64,000 nt of DNA from Torpedo marmorata (taxonomy: Eukaryota): positions 28,086,001 through 28,150,000 of the forward strand of contig OZ360243.1 of NCBI GenBank assembly GCA_977017645.1. The letters are read 5' to 3'. How positions within the stretch are numbered: the first letter of the stretch is position 1; every line of letters begins with the position of its first letter. The notes under the pieces were generated by a model. That model was not told where the DNA came from, made no database searches, and saw only the letters and a program-made list of their open reading frames with translations. A program made the translations under genes and the position numbers. Below, one piece after another: positions 1 through 12,500 of the stretch.

Positions 1-479
1 TATTGCTGTTTGGTACAGGCAAAATTATTGAACATAGAAAGGTCCGAGAAGTATACTAATTGGGAAAGGTTTGATTAAATGAAATCTCTGGTGTTTCAAC
101 TGCTGCACCTCAATATGTCAACCCCAGTCAGGGCAGCAGTCTGTAAGATTAATCCTCTTCTCTATCTATTCAATTTCGCACTTCCATATGTCAAAAAATT
201 ATCACAGCGTATTTGGACAAAAAAATTTACTGAAAAGTTGAATAATCTCATGCATAATATGCTTTGACAACAGTATGCAGGTGATCAAAAAGTCAGTGTT
301 TCAGTTGAAGCAGCAATCCTGCAAATTCCAAACATGCTCTGGTTTTGCATGATGTTCGAAGATTTGAAACATTTGCACAGGTCTCCTTAAAATTATTGAC
401 TTGTACCAAATTAGATCACCAAGTCATGCTATTCAAGTTGCATTTTTCCACTATTAATGCATTTGCGCTCTCTCTCCAG

Positions 480-530
480 GAACAGAAACAACATCGTTGA
501 CAACTCCCTCAACAATAAGTTCCACAACAG
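480..530 (+). CDS. Exon type A, first copy (51 nt): (G)TETTSLTTPSTISSTT
   Basis: Polypyrimidine tract ctctctctccag ends at 479; donor CAG|GTGAGT at 531; phase-1 reading is Thr/Ser-rich and stop-free. Confidence 0.85.
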
Positions 531-3500
531 GTGAGTACATATACTTTTAATATGTTGACACAAATGATCCTTTACTACAAAAACACATGACATGCACAGC
601 TCATTCTTTTATTTGTTCAACAACATGCTCCTTTCCTGTGGCCAGGCAACAGCAAACAAATTCACATTTGAAAAACAGCCCAATATATATGCTAGACAAA
701 TACCGGTATATATTCCCTGAGCCCAATCTATATGCGAGACAAATAAATGTCTGAATAGCAGCATGATCACATGTTCAAGACAAGGAAATAACATGGGGAA
801 CTGGATTAAATCATTCTCTCAGCACACAGGATTCACAAATGTCCAGGAAGAGAGTCAAAATTGATATGATACAAGGACATGGCATCTTTCGGCTGTTCAA
901 TAAGAGGTTGCAAGAATGAGAGCATACCAGTCTGTTTCCGTCCTTCCACAAATATTTCCAAAAATACACAATTCTCCACATGCATTCATTTCCACAAATA
1001 TAGGTGAATTTCAATGTTAAATTGTACAAAAACATTCTGACATTTTGCACATGAGATGCTCATGATTTCCAAATAACATGGAGAAGATGAGGAGATGACA
1101 GTGTTACAAACATAGGATACAACTTCTGATATTTCCAACTATAACCAGATTCTGGATGCCAAATATTTTTAATTAGCATGGTTTAAACTATAATTTTGCA
1201 TTTATCGTTATTTTGGTCCCATTTTCATTGGCTCCACATTTAATCGCATTGAAATGAGCATGGAGCGGTTGTTAACACTTTACTTCTCTTTCATAAGAAA
1301 CAACTGGAAGGAGCACAACTGGCACCACACAGACGACAGCCAGTTCCACAACAGGTGGGTGATCATGTCTTTCAATGGCCTTTGTTGAGATTCTCAACAA
1401 CGTGTCTCCTTCAATTTAACGTCCATTACATCTTGGCGACCCTCTGTCTGCCTTACAATAGACAAAAATTAAAGAATTTCATGTATGTTACATTTTAAAT
1501 GTAGTATTACGTGACAATAATAGAACCTTTACCCCGTAAACAGGGTTGCTTTAATTTCAACCTGTAACAAGTGCAAATGCAATTCCTCCTTGTTAAATTC
1601 AAAAGAAGTCGCTGATGACCTTCAGCAGGGGCGGCATGGTTAGCGTAGCAGTTAGCGCAACGCATCTTACAGCGCCAGCAACCCGTGTTCCAATACGGCA
1701 CTCTCCGTAAGGAGTTTGTACGATCTCCCCCTGTCTGCGTGTGCTTCATCTGGGTGTTCCGTTTCCTTCTAACGCTTCAAATCGTTCCGGGGTTCTAGTT
1801 CAATTGGGTGTAATTCGGCTCCACGGATTCGTGGGCCGAATTGTCCTGTAACCATGCTGTATGTCTAAATTTAAATTTGTAAGTTTAAAAATTATGCGAA
1901 CTGAGAAGTCGTCTTCTGATCTTCATTGTTCTCCTTACTTTCATGAGGAGTAACCACCTCAGCAAAGAGCATTGCTAAATCTCACAAATAATCGTGTTGG
2001 ACGATTTTAATCCTGGAATCAAAAATAAATTTAGGAGTCAGATTTTTTGCAAAGGGAAGACCCATTCTTTTATTTCTCCAGCTCCTGTGACTGATAATTT
2101 TTCAACAGATGTACAATTGCTTCCCTCTTCAGGTACATTTGTTGATAGTTTAGCTCCAAAAATTTACATCACACTGAGGGAAATGAGGACAGTTTCTGAA
2201 CATAGGAGAGGCCTTTTGGATCCAATTGCGCTGACTTTTATCATAACCAGGATGAGGCTTGTCACCTTTCAGTTGACATGGATTTGAATGCATTGAACCA
2301 GTGCTTTTATAGGAAAACTCACAAAATTTTATCGTCTGAACACTTCAACCAACTCTATTGCTGTTTGGTAAAGGCAAGATTATTGAACATAGAAAGGTCC
2401 GAGAAGTATACTAATTGGGAAAGGATTGATTAAATTAAATCTTTGGTGTTTCAACTGCTGCACCTCAATATGTCAAACTCAGTCACGGCAGCAGTCTGTA
2501 AGATTAATCCTCTTCTCCATCTATTCACTTTCGCACTTCCACCTGTCAAAAAATTATCACAGCAGATTTGGACAAAAACATTAAGCGAAAAGTTGAATAA
2601 TCTCATGCATCATATGCTTTGCCAACAGTATGTAGGTGATCAAAATGTCAGTGTTTGAGTTGAAGCAAAAATCCAGCAAATTCCAAATATGCTCTGGTTT
2701 TGCATGATGTTTGAAGATTTGAAACATTTGCAAAGGTCTCCTTAAAATTATTGACTCGTACCAATTAGATCACCAAGTCATGCTATTCAAGTTGCATTTT
2801 GCCACTATTAATGCATTTGCTCTCTCTCTCCAGGAACAGAAACAACATCGTTGACAACTCCCACAGCAATAAGTTCCACAACAGGTGAGTACATGTGCTT
2901 TTAATATGTTGACACAAATGTCCCTTTACTGCAAAAACACATGAAATGCACAGATGAATCTTTTGTTTTTCCAACAACCTGCTACTTTGATGTGGCCAGG
3001 CAACAGCAAACAAGATAAATCTTCCATCAGCACAAAATATATGCGAGACAAATTAAGGCTGTGAATAATAGCGTGATAACATGTTCAAGACAAGGAAATA
3101 TCATGGGGAACTGGATTAAATCATTCTCTCAGCACACAGCAGACACACACATGTCCAAGAAGAGAGTCAAAATTGATTTGATGCAGGAAAATGGCATTTT
3201 TCGGATATTCAATAAGAGGTTGCAAAAATGGGAACACACCCGTCTGTTTTCGTCTGTCCACATGTAATTCCAAAAATTCCGAATTCTCAACATGCATTCA
3301 TTTCCACACATATAGGTGAATTTCAATGTCGAATTGTACAAAAACATTCTGACATTTTTCACTTTTGAAGCTCATGATTTCCAAATAACATGGACAAGAA
3401 TGGGATAAGACAGTGTTACAGGCACAAGATACAACTTCTGATATTTTCAACCATAACCAGATTCGGGAGGCCAAATATTTTTAATTAGCATGGTTTAAAC

Positions 3501-6500
3501 TATATTTTTGCATCTATCATCATTTCTGTCCCAGTTACATTGGCTCCACGTTTAATCGCATTGAAAGGTGCATGGAGCGGTTGTTAACACTCTCTTTCTC
3601 TTTCACAAGAAACAACTGGAACGAGCACAACTGGCACCACACAGACGACAGCCAGTTCCACAACAGGTGAGTGATCATGTCTTTTAATGGCTTTTGTCGA
3701 GATTCTCAACACAACACGTCTCCTTCAGTTTCGCATCCAGTACATCCCCGTCAACAGGGTTGCTTTAATTTCAACCTGTAAAAAGTGCAAGTGATATTCC
3801 TCCTTGTTAAATTCAAAAGAAGTCGCTGATGAACTTCAGCAAGAGCGGCATGATTAGCGTAGCAGCGCAACGCTGTTACAGTGCCAGCGACCCGTGTTCG
3901 AATAGGGCACTCTCTGCAAGGAGTTTGTACTATCTCCCCGTGTATTTTGTCACTATTCATGCATTTGTTCTCTCTCTCCAGGAACAGAAACAACATCCTT
4001 GACAACTCCCTCAACCATAAGTTCCACATCAGGTGAGTACATATCCTTTCACTAAGTTGACACAAATGTTCCTTTAATGCAAATACACATGACATGCACA
4101 GCTCATTCTTTTGTTTGTCCAACAACATGGTCCTTTCCTGTGGCAAGGCAACAGCAAACAAATTCACATTTGAAAACCAGTTAAATCTTCCCTCAGCCCA
4201 ATATTTATGCAAGACAAATAAATGTCTGTGAATAACAGCCTGATAACATGTTCAAGACAAGGAAATAACATGGGGAACTGGATTAAATCATTCTCTCAGC
4301 ACACAGCAGACACACACATGTCCAAGAAGATAGTCAAAATTGATTTGATGCAGGAAAATGGCATTTTTCGGATATTCAATAAGAGGTTGCAAAAATGGGA
4401 ACACACCCGTCTGTTTTCGTTTGTCCACATGTAATTCCAAAAATTCCGAATTCTCAACATGCATTCATTTCCACACATATAGCTGAATTTCAATGTCGAA
4501 TTGTTCAAAAAAGTTCTGACATTTTGCACTTTTGAAGCTCATGATTTCCAAATAACATGGAGAAGATGAGGAATGACAGTGTTACAGACACAGGATACAA
4601 CTTCTGATATTTTCAACTACAACCAGATTCGGGAGGCCAAATATTTTTAATTAGCATGGTTTAAACTATATTTTTGCATCTATTATCATTTCTGTCCCAG
4701 TTTCATTGGCTCCACGTTTAATCGCATTGAAAGGAGCTTGGTGTGGTTGTTAACACTCTCCTTCTCTTTCAAAAGAAACAACTGGAACGAGCACAACTGG
4801 CACCACACAGAAGACAGCCAGTTCCACAACAGGTGGGTGATCATGTCTTTCAATGGCTTTTGTCGAGATTCTGATCAACACGTCTCCTTCAGTTTCACAT
4901 CCATTACATCCCCGTAAACAGGGTTGCTTTAATTTCAACCTGTAACAAGTGCAAATGCAATTCCTCCTTGTTAAATTCAAAAGAAGTCGCTGATGACCTT
5001 CAGCAGAGGCGGCATGATTAGCGTAACAGTTAGCGCAACGCTCTTACAGCGCCATCGAACCGTGTTCCAATACGGCACTCTCTGCAAGGAGTTTGTACGA
5101 TCTCCCCGTGTATTTTGTCACTATTCATGCATTTGTTCTCTCTCTCCAGGAACAGAAACAACATCCTTGACAACTCCCTCAACCATAAGTTCCACAACAG
5201 GTGAGTACATATCCTTTCACTAAGTTGACACAAATGTTCCTTTACTGCAAATACACATGACATGCACAGCTCATTCTTTTGTTTGTCCAACAACATGTTC
5301 CTTTCCTGTGGCCAGGCAACAGCAAACAAATTCACATTTGAAAACCAGTTAAATCTTCCCTCAGCCCAATATTTATGCAAGACAAATAAATGTCTGTGAA
5401 TAACAGCCTGATAACATGTTCAAGACAAGGAAATAACATGGGGATCTGGATTAAATCATTCTCTCAGCACACTGGATTCACACATGTCCAGGAAGAGAGA
5501 CAAAATTGATTTGAGACAAGGAGATGGCATCTTTGGGCTGTTTAATAAGAGGTTGAAAGAATGGAGCACACCAGCCTATTTTCGTCTGTCCACATGTCAT
5601 TCCAAAAATTCAGAATTCTCCACATGCATTCATTACCACACATGCAGGTGAATTTCAATGTTGAATTGTACCAAAACATTCTGACATTTTGCACATAAGA
5701 AGCTCATGATTTCCAAATAACATGGAGAAGATGGGGAATGACAGTGTTACAGCGCAGGATTCAACTTCTGATATTTCCAACTACAACCAGATTCGGGATG
5801 TCAAATATTTTAATTAGCATGGTTTAAACTATATTTTTGCATCTATCATCATTTCTGTCCCAGTTTCATTGGCTCCACATTTAATCGCATTGAAAGGAGC
5901 ATGGTGTGGTTGTTAACACTCTCCTTCTCTTTCAAAAGAAACAACTGGAACGAGCACAACTGGCACCACACAGACGACAGCCAGTTCGACAACAGGTGAG
6001 TGATCATGTCTTTCAATGGCTTTTGTCGAGATTCTCAACACAACTCGTCTCCTTCAGTTTCGCATCCAGTACATCCCCGTAAACAGGTTTGCTTTAATTT
6101 CAACCTGTAACAAGTGCAAGTGCAATTCCTCCTTGTTAAATTCAAAAGAAGTCGCTGATGACCTTCAGCAGGGGCGGCATGGTTAGCGTAACAGTTAGCG
6201 CAACGCTCTTACAGCGCCATCGAACCGTGTTCCAATACGGCACTCTCTGCAAGGAGTTTGTACGATCTCCCCGTGTATTTTGTCAATATTCATGCATTTG
6301 TTTTCTCTCTCCAGGAACAGAAACAACATCCTTGACAACTCCCTCAACCATAAGTTCCACAACAGGTGAGTACATATCCTTTCACTAAGTTGACACAAAT
6401 GTTCCTTTACTGCAAATACACATGACATGCACAGCTCATTCTTTTGTTTGTCCAACAACATGCTCCTTTCCTGTGGCCAGGCAACAGCAAACAAATTCAC

Positions 6501-9500
6501 ATTTGAAAACCAGTTAAATCTGCCCTCAGCCCAATATTTATGCAAGACAAATAAATGTCTGTGAATAACAGCCTGATAACATGTTCAAGAGAAGGAAATA
6601 ACATGGCGAACTGGATTAAATCATTCTGCCTTCACACATGTCCAGGAAGAGAGTCAAAATTGATTAGAGACAAGGAGATGGCATCTTTCGGCTGTTTAAT
6701 AAGAGGTTGAAAGAATGGAGAACACCAGCCTATTTTCGTCTGTCCACATGATATTCCAACAATTCCAAATTCTCAACATGCTTTAATTTCCACACAAAGA
6801 AGTGAATTTCAAAGTCGAATTGTACAAAAACATTCTGACATTTTGCACTTTTGAAGCTCATGATTTCCAAATAACATGGACAAGAATGGGATAAGACAGT
6901 GTTACAGGCACAAGATACAACTTCTGATATTTTCAACCATAACCAGATTCGGGAGGCCAAATATTTTTAATTAGCATGGTTTAAACTATATTTTTGCATC
7001 TATCATCATTTCTGTCCCAGTTACATTGTCTCCACGTTTAATCGCATTGAAAGGTGCATGGAGCGGTCGTTAACACTCTCTTTCTCTTTCACAAGAAACA
7101 ACTGGAACGAGCACAACTGGCACCACACAGACGACAGCCAGTTCCACAACAGGTGAGTGATCATGTCTTTTAATGGCTTTTGTCGAGATTCTACACACTA
7201 CACGTCTCCTTCAGTTTCGCATCCATTACATCCCCGTCAACAGGGTTGCTTTAATTTCAACCTGTAACAAGTGCAAGTGATATTCCTCCTTGTTAAATTC
7301 AAAAGAAGTCGCTGATGAACTTCAGCAAGAGCGGCATGATTAGCGTAGCAGCGCAACGCTGTTACAGTGCCAGCGACCCGTGTTCGAATAGGGCACTCTC
7401 TGCAAGGAGTTTGTACTATCTCCCCGTGTATTTTGTCACTATTCATGCATTTGTTCTCTCTCTCCAGGAACAGAAACAACATCCTTGACAACTCCCTCAA
7501 CCATAAGTTCCACATCAGGTGAGTACATATCCTTTCACTAAGTTGACACAAATGTTCCTTTAATGCAAATACACATGACATGCACAGCTCATTCTTTTGT
7601 TTGTCCAACAACATGGTCCTTTCCTGTGGCAAGGCAACAGCAAACAAATTCACATTTGAAAACCAGTTAAATCTTCCCTCAGCCCAATATTTATGCAAGA
7701 CAAATAAATGTCTGTGAATAACAGCCTGATAACATGTTCAAGACAAGGAAATAACATGGGGAACTGGATTAAATCATTCTCTCAGCACACAGCAGACACA
7801 CACATGTCCAAGAAGATAGTCAAAATTGATTTGATGCAGGAAAATGGCATTTTTCGGATATTCAATAAGAGGTTGCAAAAATGGGAACACACCCGTCTGT
7901 TTTCGTTTGTCCACATGTAATTCCAAAAATTCCGAATTCTCAACATGCATTCATTTCCACACATATAGCTGAATTTCAATGTCGAATTGTTCAAAAAAGT
8001 TCTGACATTTTGCACTTTTGAAGCTCATGATTTCCAAATAACATGGAGAAGATGAGGAATGACAGTGTTACAGGCACAGGATACAACTTCTGATATTTTC
8101 AACTACAACCAGATTCGGGAGGCCAAATATTTTTAATTAGCATGGTTTAAACTATATTTTTGCATCTATTATCATTTCTGTCCCAGTTTCATTGGCTCCA
8201 CGTTTAATCGCATTGAAAGGAGCTTGGTGCGGTTGTTAACACTCTCCTTCTCTTTCAAAAGAAACAACTGGAACGAGCACAACTGGCACCACACAGACGA
8301 CAGCCAGTTCCACAACAGGTGGGTGATCATGTCTTTCAATGGCTTTTGTCGAGATTCTGATCAACACGTCTCCTTCAGTTTCACATCCATTACATCCCCG
8401 TAAACAGGGTTGCTTTAATTTCAACCTGTAACAAGTGCAAATGCAATTCCTCCTTGTTAAATTCAAAAGAAGTCGCTGATGACCTTCAGCAGAGGCGGCA
8501 TGATTAGCGTAACAGTTAGCGCAACGCTCTTACAGCGCCATCGAACCGTGTTCCAATACGGCACTCTCTGCAAGGAGTTTGTACGATCTCCCCGTGTATT
8601 TTGTCACTATTCATGCATTTGTTCTCTCTCTCCAGGAACAGAAACAACATCCTTGACAACTCCCTCAACCATAAGTTCCACAACAGGTGAGTACATATCC
8701 TTTCAATAAGTTGACACAAATGTTCCTTTACTGCAAATACACATGACATGCACAGCTCATTCTTTTGTTTGTCCAACAACATGTTCCTTTCCTGTGGCCA
8801 GGCAACAGCAAACAAATTCACATTTGAAAACCAGTTAAATCTTCCCTCAGCCCAATATTTATGCAAGACAAATAAATGTCTGTGAATAACAGCCTGATAA
8901 CATGTTCAAGACAAGGAAATAACATGGGGATCTGGATTAAATCATTCTCTCAGCACACAGGATTCACACATGTCCAGGAAGAGAGTCCAAATTGATTTGA
9001 GACAAGGAGATGGCATCTTTCGGCTGTTTAATAAGAGGTTGAAAGAATGGGAGCACACCAGCCAATTTTCGTCTGTCCACATGTCATTCCAAAAATTCCG
9101 AATTCTCAACATGCATACATTTCCACACATGCAGGTGAATTTCAATGTTGTATTGTACAAAAACATTCTGAAATTTTGCACATAAGAAGCTCATGATTTC
9201 CAAATAACATGGAGAAGATGGGGAATGACAGTGTTACAGCACAGGATTCAACTTCTGATATTTCAGAATCAGAATCAGAATCAGAATCAGAATTTATTGT
9301 CATGAACAAGTCATGAAATTCGGTGCTTTGCGGCAGCATCATAGTGCAATTAACATTCATATTAACCATTCTAACGACATTACTATATAAAAATTATAAA
9401 CAATAGTGCACTAGTGTCTTTGGTTCATTGATTGTTCAGGAATCTGATGGCAGCGGGGAAGAAGTTGACCTTGTGCCGTTGAGTGCTCGTCTTTAGGCTC

Positions 9501-12500
9501 CTGTACCTTTTCCCCGATGGAAGCAGCGTGAAGAGGGCATGGCCTGGGTGGTGGGGGTCCTTGAGGATAGAGGCTGCTTTATTAAGACATCGCCTCATGT
9601 AGATGTCCTCGATGGAGTGAAGTTTGGTGCCCGTGATGTCACAAGCCGAGGTAACAACCTTCTGGAGTTTGCACTTGTCCTGGGAGTTGGCACCACCATA
9701 CCAGGCAGTGATGCAACCAGCTAGAATGCTCTCCACGGTACACCTGTAGAAGTTCACAAGAGTCTTTGGCGACATACCGAATCTCCGCAATCGCCTCACA
9801 AAGTATAGCCGCTGACGAGCCTTCTTTGTGATTGCATCCACGTGGATGCTCCAGGACAGATCCTCGGAGATGTTGACACCCAGGAATTTGACGTTCTTGA
9901 CCCTCTCCACGACTGAGCCCTCGATGAGGACTGGGTTGTGTTCCCCTGACTTCCTCCTGAAGTCCACAATCATCTCCTTGGTTTTAACTACAACCAGATT
10001 CTGGATGTCAAATATTTTAATTAGCATGGTTTAAACTATAATTTTGCATCTATCATCATTTGTGTCCCATTTATATTGGCTCCACATGTAATCACATTGA
10101 AAGGAGCTTGGTGTGGTTGTTAACACTCTCCTTCTCTTTCACAAGAAACAACTGGAACGAGCACAACTGGCACCACACAGACAACAGCCAGTTCGACAAC
10201 AGGTGGGTGATCATGTCTTTCAATGGCTTTTGTCCAGATTCTGATCAACACATCTCCTTCAGTTTCACATCCATTACATCCCCGTAAACAGGGTTGCTTT
10301 AATTTTCACCTGCAACAAGTGCAAATTCAATTGCTCCTTGTTAAATTCAAAAGAAGTCGCTGATGAACTTCAGCAAGAGCGGCATGATTAGCGTAGCAGC
10401 GCAACGCTGTTACAGCGCCAGCGACCTGTGTTCGAATAGGGCACTCTCTGCAAGGAGTTTGTACGATCTCCCCGTGTATTTTGTCACTATTCATGCATTT
10501 GTTCTCTCTCTCCAGGAACAGAAACAACATCCTTGACAACTCCCTCAACCATAAGTTCCACATCAGGTGAGTACATATCCTTTCACTAAGATGACACAAA
10601 TGTTCCTTTACTGCAAATACACATGACATGCACAGCTCATTCTTTTGTTTGTCCAACAACATGCTCCTTTCCTGTGGCCAGGCAACAGCAAACAAATCCA
10701 CATTTGAAAACCAGTTAAATCTTCCCTCAGCCCAATATTTATGCAAGACAAATAAATGTCTGTGAATAACAGCCTGATAACAAGTTCAAGACAAGGAAAT
10801 AACATGGAGAACTGGATTAAATCATTCTCTCAGCACACTGGATTCATACATGTCCAGGAAGAGAGTCAAAATTGATTTGAGACAAGGAGATGGCATCTTT
10901 CGGCTGTTTAATAAGAGGTTGAAAGAATGGGAGCACACCAGCCTATTTTCGTCTGTCCACATGTCATTCCAAAAATTCAGAATTCTCCACATGCATTCAT
11001 TTCCACACATGCAGGTGAATTTCAATGTTGAATTGTACCAAAACATTCTGAAATTTTGCACATAAGAAGCTCATAATTTCCAAATAACATGGAGAAGATG
11101 GGGAATGACAGTGTTACAGCACAGGATTCAACTTCTGATATTTCCAACTACAAGCAGATTCTGGATGTCAAATATTTTAATAAGCATGGTTTAAACTATA
11201 ATTTTGCATCAATCATCATTTCTGTCCCAGTTTCATTGGCTCCACATTTAATCGCATTGAAAGGAGCATGGTGTGGTTGTTAACACTCTCCTTCTCTTTC
11301 ACAAGAAACAACTGGAACGAGCACAACTGGCACCACACAGACGACAGTCAGTTCCACAACAGGTGAGTGATCATGTCTTTCAATGGCTTTTGTCGAGATT
11401 CTCAACACAACACGTCTCCTTCAGTTTCGCCTCCAGTACATCCCCGTCAACAGGGTTGCTTTAATTTTCACCTGCAACAAGTGCAAATTCAATTGCTCCT
11501 TGTTAAATTCAAAAGAATTCGCTGATGAACTTCAGCAAGAGCGGCATGATTAGCGTAGCAGCGCAACGCTGTTACAGCGCCAGTGACCTGTGTTCCAATA
11601 GGGCACACTCTGCAAGGAGATTGTACGATCTCCCCGTGTATTTTGTCACTATTCATGCATTTGTTTTCTCTCTCCAGGAACAGAAACAACATCCTTGACA
11701 ACTCCCTCAACCATAAGTTCCACAACAGGTGAGTACATATCCTTTCAATAAGTTAACACAAATGTTCCTTTACTGCAAATACACATGACATGCACAGCTC
11801 ATTCTTTTGTTTGTCCAACAACATGCTCCTTTCCTGTGGCCAGGCAACAGCAAACAAATTCACATTTGAAAACCAGTTAAATCTTCCCTCAGCCCAATAT
11901 TTATGCAAGACAAATTATTGTCTGTGAATAACAGCCTGATAACATGTTCAAGACAAGCAAGTAACATGGGGAACTGGATTAAATCATTCTCTCAGCATAC
12001 AGGATTCACACATGTCCAGGAAGAGAGTCAAAATTGAATTGAGACGAGGAGGTGGCATCTTTCGGCTGTTTAATAAGAGGTTGAAAGAATGGAGCACACC
12101 AGCCTATTTTCGTCTGTCCACATGTAATTCCAAAAATTCCGAATTCTCAACATGCATTCATTTCCACACATATAGGTGAATTTCAATGTCGAATAGTACA
12201 AAAACATTCTGACATTTTTGCACTTTTGAAGCTCATGATTTCCAAATAACATGGACAAGAATGGGATAAGACAGTGCTACAGGCACAAGATACAACTTCT
12301 GATATTTTCAACCATAACCAGATTCGGGAGGCCAAATATTTTTAATTAGCATGGTTTAAACTATATTTTTGCATCTATCATCATTTCTGTCCCAGTTACA
12401 TTGGCTCCACGTTTAATCGCATTGAAAGGTGCATGGAGCGGTTGTTAACACTCTCTTTCTCTTTCACAAGAAACAACTGGAACGAGCACAACTGGCACCA

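Larger units (their letters stand above)
1..2794. repeat. Long (~2,355-bp period) ancestral repeat unit containing exons A, B, C and a complete SINE
   Basis: Sequence from position 1 (tattgctgtttggta...) recurs at 2356, and exon A recurs at 480 and 2834; ORFs 79..267 and 2443..2658 are paralogous. Confidence 0.9.

Noticed and set aside
3843-3943. Tandem tRNA, 5S or snRNA gene array (one Pol III-like element per unit)
   Set aside because: The tRNA-like head continues into a V-SINE core, the B-box is degenerate, and there is no convincing cloverleaf. It is a truncated SINE carried passively.
4993-5223. Plus-strand ORFs MTFSRGG...PGTETTSLTTPSTISSTTGEYISF as standalone small proteins
   Set aside because: They are read-through of SINE and intron sequence into exon A; only the part bounded by splice sites is conserved in frame across units.
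5468-5647. Additional exon in the A-to-B intron (tcattctctcag ... catgcag|gtgaat)
   Set aside because: The interval has stops and variable indels between units; the donor is lost in some copies (atagctgaat at ~4482 and ~7968) and the acceptor is deleted in others (~6625).
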